21,697 bases of DNA from Promethearchaeota archaeon (GCA_048938295.1 JBHLMI010000035.1:1-21697), one strand, 5' to 3'. Shown: positions 1-8,019, numbered from the stretch's first letter. Numbers and translations are program-made. Notes: generated by a model from the sequence alone, not told the origin.

Positions 1-1
1 C

Positions 2-628
2 GAGGGGCTCACCTGGAAGGCCTAGCGGTTGTGTTGCTTCTAGGAGTAGCTTATTCACCGTATGGTTGAAGCGTGGTTTTACCCTGGCTAGTTTCAGAAA
101 TTCTTCTTTGTAAAATTTGACAAGGAGACTGGGATCCAGGACACCGCATTCTGATCCAAAAAGGGCGTAATCAACTGGTTTGAGATTCATTAAAGATGCT
201 TCTTCATCATCGGGGAATTCTGTAACGAGGCTAGGAAGAGAATTCTGGAGTTCAGGTCTCTCGATGACCCGATAGGAGATATCATTAGTTTCCATGCATT
301 GCATCCAGTTTTGAACTGAGGGATCTTTGAATTGCTGATCACTGAGGAGCCACAGGTATCCACAAAAATGGAGGGCCAAATTAAATTTGAGGTCCTCTTG
401 GATATGACGGAAGAAATCGATAGTGGTGTCAGTGAGGAGCTGATTAGTAGTGGAGGCAAACATATTCCTGACCGCAGCGGCACTCATGGCAGTATTTGCC
501 TGTCCTGCGTCTGGTTGGCTATCGACAAGGAGTATAGTTTTATCAGGATTATTCTTCTGGAGATAATAGGCTGAAGCGACGCCCATTATTCCAGCCCCAA
601 CGACAATGATATCAAACTTCTCAGTCAA
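2..628 (-). CDS. FAD-dependent oxidoreductase, DAO/glycine oxidase/sarcosine oxidase-like family (5' part, runs off the left edge)
   Basis: Not in the ORF track. Manual translation from TTG at 628 gives (M)TEKFDIIVVGAGIMGVASAYYLQKNNPDKTILLVDSQPDAGQANTAMSAAAVRNMF...GYLWLL...CGVLDPSLLVKFY..., open to the window edge. It has the Rossmann GxGxxG motif and a GAGGAGG Shine-Dalgarno at 637-643 (minus), 8 nt upstream. Confidence 0.9.
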   Translation of the reverse strand, partial: MTEKFDIIVVGAGIMGVASAYYLQKNNPDKTILLVDSQPDAGQANTAMSAAAVRNMFASTTNQLLTDTTIDFFRHIQEDLKFNLALHFCGYLWLLSDQQFKDPSVQNWMQCMETNDISYRVIERPELQNSLPSLVTEFPDDEEASLMNLKPVDYALFGSECGVLDPSLLVKFYKEEFLKLARVKPRFNHTVNKLLLEATQPLGLPGEPL

Positions 629-750
629 CTACAAAGCCTCCTCGTGGGATGTGGTTTGGAACAATTTCCATCCTTCTTTCCTTTTGTTCTTTGTGGAAAG
701 AAAAAAACACGCCTAGACGAGAAGCTGAAGCATATCTGGTGTGGATATAG

Positions 751-792
751 GAAAAACAAAAGAGAGGACCGGACTCCGTTGAGTCCAGTCTC
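751..792 (-). terminator. Hairpin plus U-tract downstream of the DUF308 gene
   Basis: Minus strand GAGACTGGACTC-aacg-GAGTCCGGTCCTC stem (764-792) followed by TCTTTTGTTTTT. A second T7 tract (GTGTTTTTTT) lies near 700-712. Confidence 0.5.
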
Positions 793-822
793 CAATCCTG
801 AATGAATGGGAATGTCGTTTTC

Positions 823-1374
823 TTAGGTGTGGTCGCCTGTGACTCCAACTATTAATCGGAGAGCACCGAAGAAGATGAGAGCTATTGATACTGCCATGGA
901 GACTAATTCCAAACCCCATGTTGCTGGAAAAATGAAGGCTGGAATCCCAATTCCAATACCAATGATGCCAAAGATGATATAGAGTATCCGGATCCACTGT
1001 TTCATTGCCTTGCCCATTGCACCTTGTACGAGGAGGAAAATTCCGATGATTAGAATACCTCCTGAGAGAATGAAAACCATAAGAAGCGGGAAGAATGAAG
1101 GCGCGGCAATGAAGAGGGCACCGAATATCACCATAAGGAGACCGATGAAGATACTGATGATTTTAGCATTCATATCGATGTCTTTAGCGATGAAGATTTT
1201 AGCAATTTGCCAGAGTCCAAGGATTATCAGGCCAATTCCAAGAATCATACCGATCCCATAGACGACGATGATAGAGGGGACAAGGAACAAGAGCGCACCG
1301 AAGAGGATAGCTATGAGACCGAGGATAATATCAAGGATGCGTAACCATTGTGCTTGTTCAGCCATTTTTATCAC
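823..1374 (-). CDS. HdeD/DUF308-family membrane protein (about 6 TM)
   Basis: 183 aa with repeated hydrophobic 'IILGLIAILFG...' and 'IFIGLLMVIFG...' helical hairpins typical of DUF308. Confidence 0.75.
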   Translation of the reverse strand: MIKMAEQAQWLRILDIILGLIAILFGALLFLVPSIIVVYGIGMILGIGLIILGLWQIAKIFIAKDIDMNAKIISIFIGLLMVIFGALFIAAPSFFPLLMVFILSGGILIIGIFLLVQGAMGKAMKQWIRILYIIFGIIGIGIGIPAFIFPATWGLELVSMAVSIALIFFGALRLIVGVTGDHT

Positions 1375-1516
1375 TTGCGGGGCATTTCGCCTTGTCCTGC
1401 CCTAAAAATACATACTCTTTTCCTAGAAACACGCTTCTGATATCGATTAGGGTGTGCTACTTATATAGGGGAAAGAGTCGCGATGGTGACCAAAGTTATT
1501 TGATACATTTGAGCTG

Positions 1517-3214
1517 ATGGTCATGTTTTTTCTGCTGACACAGTTCGTTGCAGCGAATCCTTTGCTGGGTACGTTCCTTATTCTACTTCCCATTATCGTC
1601 GCCTTTTACCTTCTGGTATTTCGCCGATGGTCGGCGGACAAAGTGGGCGTGACAGCGTTCCTGTTAGGAATTACCATTGCGATTCTCTGTTTTGGTACCA
1701 ATCCCATTTTAGCAGTTGCCGCAAGTGTTGCCGGAATCATCGCCTCTTTCCCCATATCCCTGATGGTCATCACCTCCATCTTGATGATCACATATATGGT
1801 ACAAACCGGTGCCCTAGCACGAATTACAGTCTTTTTCAAAACTCTCGGATCCGGGAAAAAAGCCATCCAGATTATGCTGATTAATGTTGGATTGGGACTC
1901 TTCCTTGTAGGATTGGGTGCCACACCGGTCAGTATGCTTCCACCTGTGATGCTTGCTATGGGCTTTTCTCCGATGGCTGCTGTCATGCTGCCCTCAATTG
2001 GCTATGACCCTCTTACTACCTATGCCCTACTGGGTATCCCCGTGTTAGTCTTCTCCGATGCTGTTGGTAACGTTGATCCCACATTCTGGACCTCTAGATA
2101 TCCTGGTGTCGAGCCACTCTTTATGTCAGGACACATCTTCTCACTTTACATGCCCTTTGTTGCCACAGGAATTGCCTTAGCTATGTTATGGCTTGCCGGT
2201 GGTCGGAAATTATTGTTCAACAAAGAAGCATTGGGATTAGCCATCGTAACTGGCATGATTGCAGGGATGGTCTGTTATTTCTGTAACCTCATCTGGATTG
2301 GTTTCACTACGCTAACTAATGTCTTTGCAGGACTCGCCGTAATAGCTGCCATGTTGGCTTATTCGAAGCTTCGCGGGTTGCCCCTAGTAGATAGAAGTGT
2401 CCTAACCGAAGATGATCAACCCATCATCAAATCAATGGGACTCCTTCGTGCAATGGCCCCCTGGCTTATCCTCATATTCTTCTGTTTCCTCGTGAACCTT
2501 ATCCCACCCATCTATGATCTCATGTTCAACATCCTCACCTTTCCAATCACAATTGGAATTATTACCACAAACACCCGCTTTCTGTGGAACGCATATTTTT
2601 GGGTCCTAATTGCCACCCTTTTAGCCATCCTTCTTGATGGATTAATTTCACGTTCTCAAAGAAGGTTCTCTAAATTCCAAACAGATGTGAAAGTATCCTT
2701 CAGTACTTGGACGCGCCGTACATGGCGACCATTTGTCTCAGCCGCTGTATTTTTTGCTTTAGCCTACATCTTAATCTATTCGGGGAGTGTCCTTGCCCCA
2801 GATGGTTCATGGTTGCGGGCATCAGATTATATTCCCCAATGGAATATGATTTATGTCCTCTCCGTGGTAACTGCATCCACGTTCGGGCCACTGTACCCAT
2901 TGACTGCAGCATTTCTAGGACTCCTGGGCGGGTTTGTAAGTGGGAGTGAAACCTCAACCATCGTTATGTTCCAACCCTACCATCAACAAACCGCCACCGT
3001 AATCAGTGCCCAACCGCTTATTGTGGGTGCTAGCTCCGGAATAGGAGGTGGCCTTGCTAGCGTTCTATCTCCTGCAAAATTACAAAACGCCGCTGCCGTC
3101 ATCGACGCAAAGGGATTAGAGGGACAAGTTATGCGTAAAGCATTACCTGTGGTCTTGCTCATTACACTAGGTGTTGCAATACTTGCGTTTCTTTGGGGCT
3201 ATTTCATTCCCTAA
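1517..3214 (+). CDS. lctP: L-lactate permease family transporter (LctP/LldP)
   Basis: 565 aa polytopic membrane protein with 'LLGIP', 'APWLILI', 'AFLGLLGGFVSGSETSTIVMF', 'GGGLASVLSPAKLQNAAA' motifs characteristic of lactate permeases. The substrate is a family-level assignment. Confidence 0.85.
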   Translation: MVMFFLLTQFVAANPLLGTFLILLPIIVAFYLLVFRRWSADKVGVTAFLLGITIAILCFGTNPILAVAASVAGIIASFPISLMVITSILMITYMVQTGALARITVFFKTLGSGKKAIQIMLINVGLGLFLVGLGATPVSMLPPVMLAMGFSPMAAVMLPSIGYDPLTTYALLGIPVLVFSDAVGNVDPTFWTSRYPGVEPLFMSGHIFSLYMPFVATGIALAMLWLAGGRKLLFNKEALGLAIVTGMIAGMVCYFCNLIWIGFTTLTNVFAGLAVIAAMLAYSKLRGLPLVDRSVLTEDDQPIIKSMGLLRAMAPWLILIFFCFLVNLIPPIYDLMFNILTFPITIGIITTNTRFLWNAYFWVLIATLLAILLDGLISRSQRRFSKFQTDVKVSFSTWTRRTWRPFVSAAVFFALAYILIYSGSVLAPDGSWLRASDYIPQWNMIYVLSVVTASTFGPLYPLTAAFLGLLGGFVSGSETSTIVMFQPYHQQTATVISAQPLIVGASSGIGGGLASVLSPAKLQNAAAVIDAKGLEGQVMRKALPVVLLITLGVAILAFLWGYFIP

Positions 3215-3236
3215 ACCGGTTCTAGGATATGTTTCA

Positions 3237-4625
3237 TTAGATTATTGCAGGACATTCTTGCACCATTGGATACCCAAGGGCAACCCAAGCTTTGAGACCA
3301 CCTAGGACATTGCTGATATCATTAAACCCATGTTTTCGAAGAATACTGGCGGCTAGGCTGCCCCGTAATCCCGTGGCACAAGCTATGGCGAGTGGTTTGT
3401 CTCTGGGGATTTTATCAAGATGGCGGGCAAGTTCTCCAACATAGATGTATTTTGAACCCTCGACAAATCCGCTTTCACATTCTGCTGTTGACCGGACGTC
3501 GATTAATACTATCTCATTTTTCTCAAGCTTTTCCTTTAATTGCTGCGTAGTGATGGTTCCGAATTGATCTGTGGGATTTCCTTTGTTTCGCCATGCCTCG
3601 ATTCCGGGGCACAGATACCCGATGATGTTATCGTATCCGAGCCGCCAGAGATATGGTTTCACCACACCCATATCCTCTGGGCGTTCTACAATGAGTACTA
3701 GCTGTTGGTCGTGAGTTATGACCCATCCAGGATAGAAGGACAAGCCTCGAAGCCAGATGCTTAGAGAGCCGGCAAGATGAGAAGCAGCATAGGCATCGGG
3801 ATTACGTGTGTCTACTACAATGGTATTCGGGTTCTCCAAGGCTTTCTTGAATTGATTAACTGACAATGCCTTTGGAACAGGGGCATCTCGAAGAAGCGGT
3901 GGACCAACCAAGTTATATTCTTCCATCTTACGGAAATAGGGAGGACGTCGTAATTTGATGCTGAGAATGTGTTCAATGAAAGCCTCTTTCTCAAGCTGCA
4001 GCACAGGATTATGGGTTTGTTCATACCCAATAGTGCTAAAGTTCCGATCGCTTAGTTTATGTCCACAAATTGACCCCGCTCCATGTGCAGGATAAATTAA
4101 GACATCATCCCCCAGTGGGAGCAGTTTTTCATGCAAGCTGTGATATTGTTTTTCAGTCATTTCCTCCCAGATATCAAGCCCAGGAAGGTCTGTCCGACCA
4201 ATGTCTCCAATGAAGAGGGTGTCTCCAGTAAAGACCATGAAAGGTCGTTTACTAGTTGCAGTATCCGTGAGTGCATAGCAAATGCAATCATTGGTATGTC
4301 CGGGGGTATAAAGCGCTTCGATTCGGAAGTGGCTGATATTGAATGTGTCCCCATCTTTCACCCTATACTCGCCATATTTGAAAGGAGTGTACTGGCTATG
4401 GCCAATTTCAGCGCCAGTAAGGTTTTGCAGTTCCAACGAGCCAATAACATAATCTTCGTTTCGATGGGTTTCGAAGATATAGAGAATTTCCGCACACTCT
4501 TGCTTCGCCAAATCAATATAGATTTGAGCATCTCGGCGGGGATCAATAACGCAGGCTTCACCGTTATTCGCAAAAAAATAGCTATTATGTGCAATACCCG
4601 GCGAAGTGATGATTTCAAACCTCAT
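3237..4625 (-). CDS. MBL-fold metallo-hydrolase with two C-terminal rhodanese domains (persulfide dioxygenase/glyoxalase II-like plus sulfurtransferase)
   Basis: IDPRRD, ETHRNEDY, TPGHT, FTGDTLF, PAHGAGSxCG MBL motifs. Rhodanese domains 'VVDTRNPDAYAASHLAGS' and 'IDVRSTAECESGFVEGS...CATGLRG'. The probable start is Met8 (4625); the track starts at 4646. Confidence 0.9.
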   Translation of the reverse strand: MRFEIITSPGIAHNSYFFANNGEACVIDPRRDAQIYIDLAKQECAEILYIFETHRNEDYVIGSLELQNLTGAEIGHSQYTPFKYGEYRVKDGDTFNISHFRIEALYTPGHTNDCICYALTDTATSKRPFMVFTGDTLFIGDIGRTDLPGLDIWEEMTEKQYHSLHEKLLPLGDDVLIYPAHGAGSICGHKLSDRNFSTIGYEQTHNPVLQLEKEAFIEHILSIKLRRPPYFRKMEEYNLVGPPLLRDAPVPKALSVNQFKKALENPNTIVVDTRNPDAYAASHLAGSLSIWLRGLSFYPGWVITHDQQLVLIVERPEDMGVVKPYLWRLGYDNIIGYLCPGIEAWRNKGNPTDQFGTITTQQLKEKLEKNEIVLIDVRSTAECESGFVEGSKYIYVGELARHLDKIPRDKPLAIACATGLRGSLAASILRKHGFNDISNVLGGLKAWVALGYPMVQECPAII

Positions 4626-4794
4626 GAGAAAAAAACTCCAATTCATTCTGGTTTGTGTTAGCTCTATAAAATCCGTGGCTTTTCAACTTATTCCGGTTTT
4701 ACAATAAGAAAAGAGACAACCGAGGGGAGGTTGTACGTAAGTCGATAACTCTTTTAAAGTCAGGAAATGAGAGGGTGCCGAGGGACAATATCCT

Positions 4795-5079
4795 ATGAAA
4801 CTTGAAAAAGTGCAGGGTGACCGCAAGAAGCACCAGGTTCTCCTTTATGCCCTTAGCACCTGCGGTTGGTGTAAAATGACCAAAGCCTTTCTTAACGATA
4901 ACAGTATTGAATACGAGTTTATTGATGTTGATAAACTCGAAATTGATGATAGAGAAATTGTCAATAAAGACATTAAGAAGCGAGGAGCACGCCTGGCTTT
5001 TCCCACCATAATAATTGATGATAAAACCATCATAACCGGTTTCAAGAAGGACCAACTAACAAAGGCGCTTGAAGTATGA
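4795..5079 (+). CDS. Glutaredoxin/NrdH-like redoxin (methanoredoxin-like)
   Basis: 94 aa, LSTCGWCKMTK CxxC site, cis-Pro motif AFPTIII and IITGF; stop overlaps the next start (ATGA). Confidence 0.9.
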   Translation: MKLEKVQGDRKKHQVLLYALSTCGWCKMTKAFLNDNSIEYEFIDVDKLEIDDREIVNKDIKKRGARLAFPTIIIDDKTIITGFKKDQLTKALEV

Positions 5080-5609
5080 CCACCATCGACAATGTGAAAC
5101 GCCGTGCAGAGGCAGATGCCAAAGCTCACGGCTACTTCCTAAATCCTAATCCTGATTTTCTTCAAAATCTCTTAGAAGGATTAAAGGAAAATGAGGACCG
5201 CTATGGATACGGTGCCTGTCCTTGTCGTCTAGCCTCTGGGAATTTTGAATGGGACCGAGATATCATTTGCCCGTGTTTTTACCGTGATCCAGACGTGGAA
5301 GAGTTTGGACAATGTTTCTGTTCCCTCTATGTCGATAAAACTGTCTTTGAGGGGACTAAACCGATGGAGCCGATTCCCGAAAGACGACCCCAAGAGAAAA
5401 TCGAGCAAGCGATGGGTAAAACCATTGAAGCTCCAAAAAAGCCTGCGGAGTCGGATGAAGCTAGGGATACAAATCGAAAGCTTTACTATTGTAAGGTCTG
5501 CGGATATGTAACCCTGCGAGAAGAACCACCGTATAAATGTCCGATTTGTCAAGCCAAACAAGAAATGTTTGGAGAAATTGTCCTTGGGACCGAAATCAAA
5601 GTCCGCTAA
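5076..5609 (+). CDS. Ferredoxin:thioredoxin reductase catalytic-subunit-like protein (FDR type) with C-terminal rubredoxin-like domain
   Basis: CPC...CPC...CFC motifs (FTR [4Fe-4S] plus active-site disulfide), a linker, then YCKVCGY...CPICQA rubredoxin-type CxxC pairs. Confidence 0.9.
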   Translation: MTTIDNVKRRAEADAKAHGYFLNPNPDFLQNLLEGLKENEDRYGYGACPCRLASGNFEWDRDIICPCFYRDPDVEEFGQCFCSLYVDKTVFEGTKPMEPIPERRPQEKIEQAMGKTIEAPKKPAESDEARDTNRKLYYCKVCGYVTLREEPPYKCPICQAKQEMFGEIVLGTEIKVR

Positions 5610-5631
5610 CGGCCAATAAATGAATTCTAGG

Positions 5632-5651
5632 CCTAGCACGTCTATGCTAGG
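5632..5651. terminator. Inverted repeat between convergent FTR and PAP2 genes
   Basis: CCTAGCA-cgtcta-TGCTAGG, a perfect 7-bp stem overlapping the PAP2 stop codon. Confidence 0.35.
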
Positions 5652-6570
5652 ATGATTTCGTGAACCTGCCCCTTTTCTCGACGTACGTGAACAGTAGCGG
5701 TATTATGAAGGCACCGAAGAAGCCGACAAGGGTATAGCGGATGAATCGTGTCGAGTAATGAACTAGCGGAAAGGCTGGAAGAAGTGAGAATGCGGCAGAT
5801 AGAGCATAATAGATTAGTATGGCAATAATGATTCCCAGAATCGCTCGAACTACCTTGGTGTTCCTAGAGACATCAGTAGAAAAGTCTACGTGTCGTTTTT
5901 CCATGACCAGGCCAGCACTGAATCCCAAGACGACACCCATTGAAATAGCCACATTCTCTGATGGGAAGTAGGGAAGACCCACAGCATAAGCCATGAAATA
6001 AATGAAGAAGAAGATTATAGCGATGATTGGTATTAACCAATCTTGGAGAAATTCGCGCATTTGGCTCCAGTATTTTGTCAGATAGGGAACCAGAAAGTAA
6101 GCCCAGGTGACGAAGATAATTCCAATGATGATTCCACCAATCACATCTCCGAGAAAGTGCATGCCTAGCCCCATTCGAGCGAGAGCCGTTATAATTATGA
6201 ACACAACCCCGATGATTGCGACCCACCATCGACGCACGCGAAGGGTGACCCACCCCCAAAAGGTCGTTGCCGTTTGGGTAGCACCACTGGGAAAGCCATA
6301 GGATTGATCTGCAACGTATTCAGGATTCTGACGGAGACTCGCGGGGGGCCGCGGCATCCTGAACGCATATTTCAGTAAGATGTTGAAGAAATTAGAAAAC
6401 ATTACTAGCATGATGGCGAGTTTACCTTCCCGTTTACTCACACACCAAAAGGCAATACCCAATAAGATGACATAGATAAAGGAGTCACCCAGGATATTCA
6501 ACATCTCCCAAGCAAGGTAGGGCAGGACCAGCTGCAACAAAATAATAATCGTTGGATCAAAGAACACCAC
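5647..6570 (-). CDS. PAP2-superfamily membrane phosphatase-like protein
   Basis: GTG start. C1 KYAFRMPRP (KX6RP), C2 FPSGA (His replaced), C3 ARMGLGMHFLGD; multiple TM helices. Confidence 0.85.
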   Translation of the reverse strand: MVFFDPTIIILLQLVLPYLAWEMLNILGDSFIYVILLGIAFWCVSKREGKLAIMLVMFSNFFNILLKYAFRMPRPPASLRQNPEYVADQSYGFPSGATQTATTFWGWVTLRVRRWWVAIIGVVFIIITALARMGLGMHFLGDVIGGIIIGIIFVTWAYFLVPYLTKYWSQMREFLQDWLIPIIAIIFFFIYFMAYAVGLPYFPSENVAISMGVVLGFSAGLVMEKRHVDFSTDVSRNTKVVRAILGIIIAILIYYALSAAFSLLPAFPLVHYSTRFIRYTLVGFFGAFIIPLLFTYVEKRGRFTKSS

Positions 6571-6654
6571 GTGTTACAAGCCTCCAAGAGATGACCCACA
6601 ATCTGGTGTTTGGAGGCTAAAAGCTAGTAGGACAAAGCGAATTAGAAAAGAACG

Positions 6655-6798
6655 TGGTGGGGTCACTGGGATTTGAACCCAGAACCTACGGGTGTCACCA
6701 GGTCGCTCCAGAACATCGTCATCCCGGATGTCCGGTCAGCGTCTCTGTTTGCGGCTACTTCTGGAGCCCGTTGCCATACCTGGTTAGGCCATGACCCC
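6655..6798 (-). tRNA. trnW: tRNA-Trp(CCA) with a 67-nt intron at 37/38; CCA end encoded
   Basis: Exon 1 (6798-6761) GGGGTCATGGCCTAACCAGGTATGGCAACGGGCTCCAG; exon 2 (6693-6655) ACCCGTAGGTTCTGGGTTCAAATCCCAGTGACCCCACCA. Acceptor stem GGGGTCA/TGACCCC, anticodon stem ACGGG/CCCGT, T-arm CTGGG-TTCAAAT-CCCAG; mature length 77 nt. Confidence 0.95.
6694..6760 (-). ncRNA. tRNA-Trp intron with C'/D' box K-turn and an antisense element to its own anticodon loop (C/D guide-like)
   Basis: CTGA (6739-6736), CCGG-acat-CCGG hairpin, G-ATGACGA (6723-6716), then TTCTGGAGC (6713-6705), complementary to GCTCCAGAA spanning the exon 1/intron junction. This layout matches known archaeal tRNA-Trp intron guides, but the terminal C and D boxes are not recognisable. 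Confidence 0.7.
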
Positions 6799-6830
6799 TG
6801 GAACAGACTGCCTACGGTTGGTAATAGGGG

Positions 6831-6846
6831 ATTTAAACCTTTTTTC
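6831..6846 (-). promoter_or_regulatory. BRE-TATA promoter of tRNA-Trp
   Basis: Minus strand AAAAAAGG-TTTAAAT about 33 nt upstream of tRNA G1. Confidence 0.65.
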
Positions 6847-6924
6847 AACGATGAAGGCTAAGTCTATCCTGATGTGGCAGTGCTGGTTGTTTGGCATTAT
6901 TGCAGGAATCTTCGCATCGTTTTG

Positions 6925-7962
6925 TTATTCGATATCCAGTTGTCGACCACACTTTTCACAGAAGCGGTCACCTGGGGAAGCAGGAGTTCCACAGACTGGA
7001 CACTTCGCGTAAGGTTGTTTCTGCCGTAATTCCGCTGGGCTAGGTGCACCAAACTGACGACCCATGAGGTCATGGTAGATCATGGTTGCCGTTGTAGTTC
7101 CAAGTGGCCCTGTGATACCAGCCATCACAGCACTGACAATACTGTAGGCGATAATCGCGACAACGAGTATTGATGGATTAAAGAGAGAGAAAGTAATCAT
7201 GCTCGATACTATTGATGTGGGTAAACCCACGATTATTGAAATGAGGGAAATAAGGAGAGTTATTCCAAAGACACGCCACCAATTTCTGCTTACAAGATTC
7301 CAGCTGCGACTCAAGCTCCCAGCGGCACTTTCACCCCCAAGAATAACAGCAGGAGTAACAACTGCGAATCTAACGCCTATGTAAATGACAAGAATTGCCA
7401 TAACTACGACGGCAACGAGGAGACCAATCAGCCCAAATATACCGATTACAAAGAGCAACCCGACACCGAGGAAGACTGCCAAGAAGAGCATTCCAAATAT
7501 CAGTCCGAACATGATTAGCCCGATAAGGATTTGAGCACCAATGAGTGACCAAAAACGCGTCTTTGTGTGATTATAACTGCTGGATAGGGTTGGCATGAGT
7601 TGAGCGTGATGGTCAGCCGTATGGCGGACGATCATCCCACCTAATAACGCCTGGATGACGAAATTAATTATCAAAACGGTCACTAGTACACCAATAAGCC
7701 CGTAGGCCAAGAGCGTTGGCAAAAACCAAGCGGGTAACCAAAAGGGAATTACCGCGCCAAGGCTGCCCGCAATTTGACCAACGAACATATTGCCCCCAGA
7801 GAGGAAGAAGGCCCCGTAAGCTACGGAGATAACCGCTAGTTGAATTAGAAAGAGCACGAGCCAATAGGATTTTAGGTTCTTAATCCAGTACCGAAGTGAC
7901 GTTTCAAGCACTTGACCAAAATCTACGGACTTGTATTCATATTTGTCAGACGTAGTAACCAT
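6925..7962 (-). CDS. Membrane protein (YciC/GDPD-membrane-domain-like) with C-terminal zinc ribbon
   Basis: About 6 TM helices, 'SLSRSWNLVSRNWWRVFG' motif, C-terminal CPVCG...FCEKCG; GGAGGG SD at 7969-7974 (minus). Confidence 0.8.
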   Translation of the reverse strand: MVTTSDKYEYKSVDFGQVLETSLRYWIKNLKSYWLVLFLIQLAVISVAYGAFFLSGGNMFVGQIAGSLGAVIPFWLPAWFLPTLLAYGLIGVLVTVLIINFVIQALLGGMIVRHTADHHAQLMPTLSSSYNHTKTRFWSLIGAQILIGLIMFGLIFGMLFLAVFLGVGLLFVIGIFGLIGLLVAVVVMAILVIYIGVRFAVVTPAVILGGESAAGSLSRSWNLVSRNWWRVFGITLLISLISIIVGLPTSIVSSMITFSLFNPSILVVAIIAYSIVSAVMAGITGPLGTTTATMIYHDLMGRQFGAPSPAELRQKQPYAKCPVCGTPASPGDRFCEKCGRQLDIE

Positions 7963-7990
7963 AATTATCCCTCCAAGGAATAATCCTTGA

Positions 7991-8019
7991 GTCCCTATTG
8001 AGAGGGACGAGTTAAAAAA
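7991..8019 (-). promoter_or_regulatory. TATA-like box plus palindrome upstream of the zinc-ribbon membrane gene
   Basis: TTTTTTAA (8019-8012, minus) followed by GTCCCT-N6-AGGGAC (7991-8008). Confidence 0.35.

Noticed and set aside
190-997. Track ORFs 190..483, 332..574, 621..848, 713..997
   Set aside because: They overlap the real DAO-family and DUF308 genes in other frames, or run through terminator-like sequence.
4131-4661. 176-aa plus-strand ORF
   Set aside because: Antisense to the MBL domain; no recognisable features.
4795-5609. Selenocysteine recoding in the redox proteins
   Set aside because: All redox motifs use Cys codons; no in-frame TGA at motif positions.
6655-6700. tRNA 3' end as an integration (att) site
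   Set aside because: No duplicate of the tRNA 3' sequence and no integrase in the window.
6663-7012. Short ORFs over the tRNA locus
   Set aside because: Explained by the tRNA-Trp gene, its intron and promoter.
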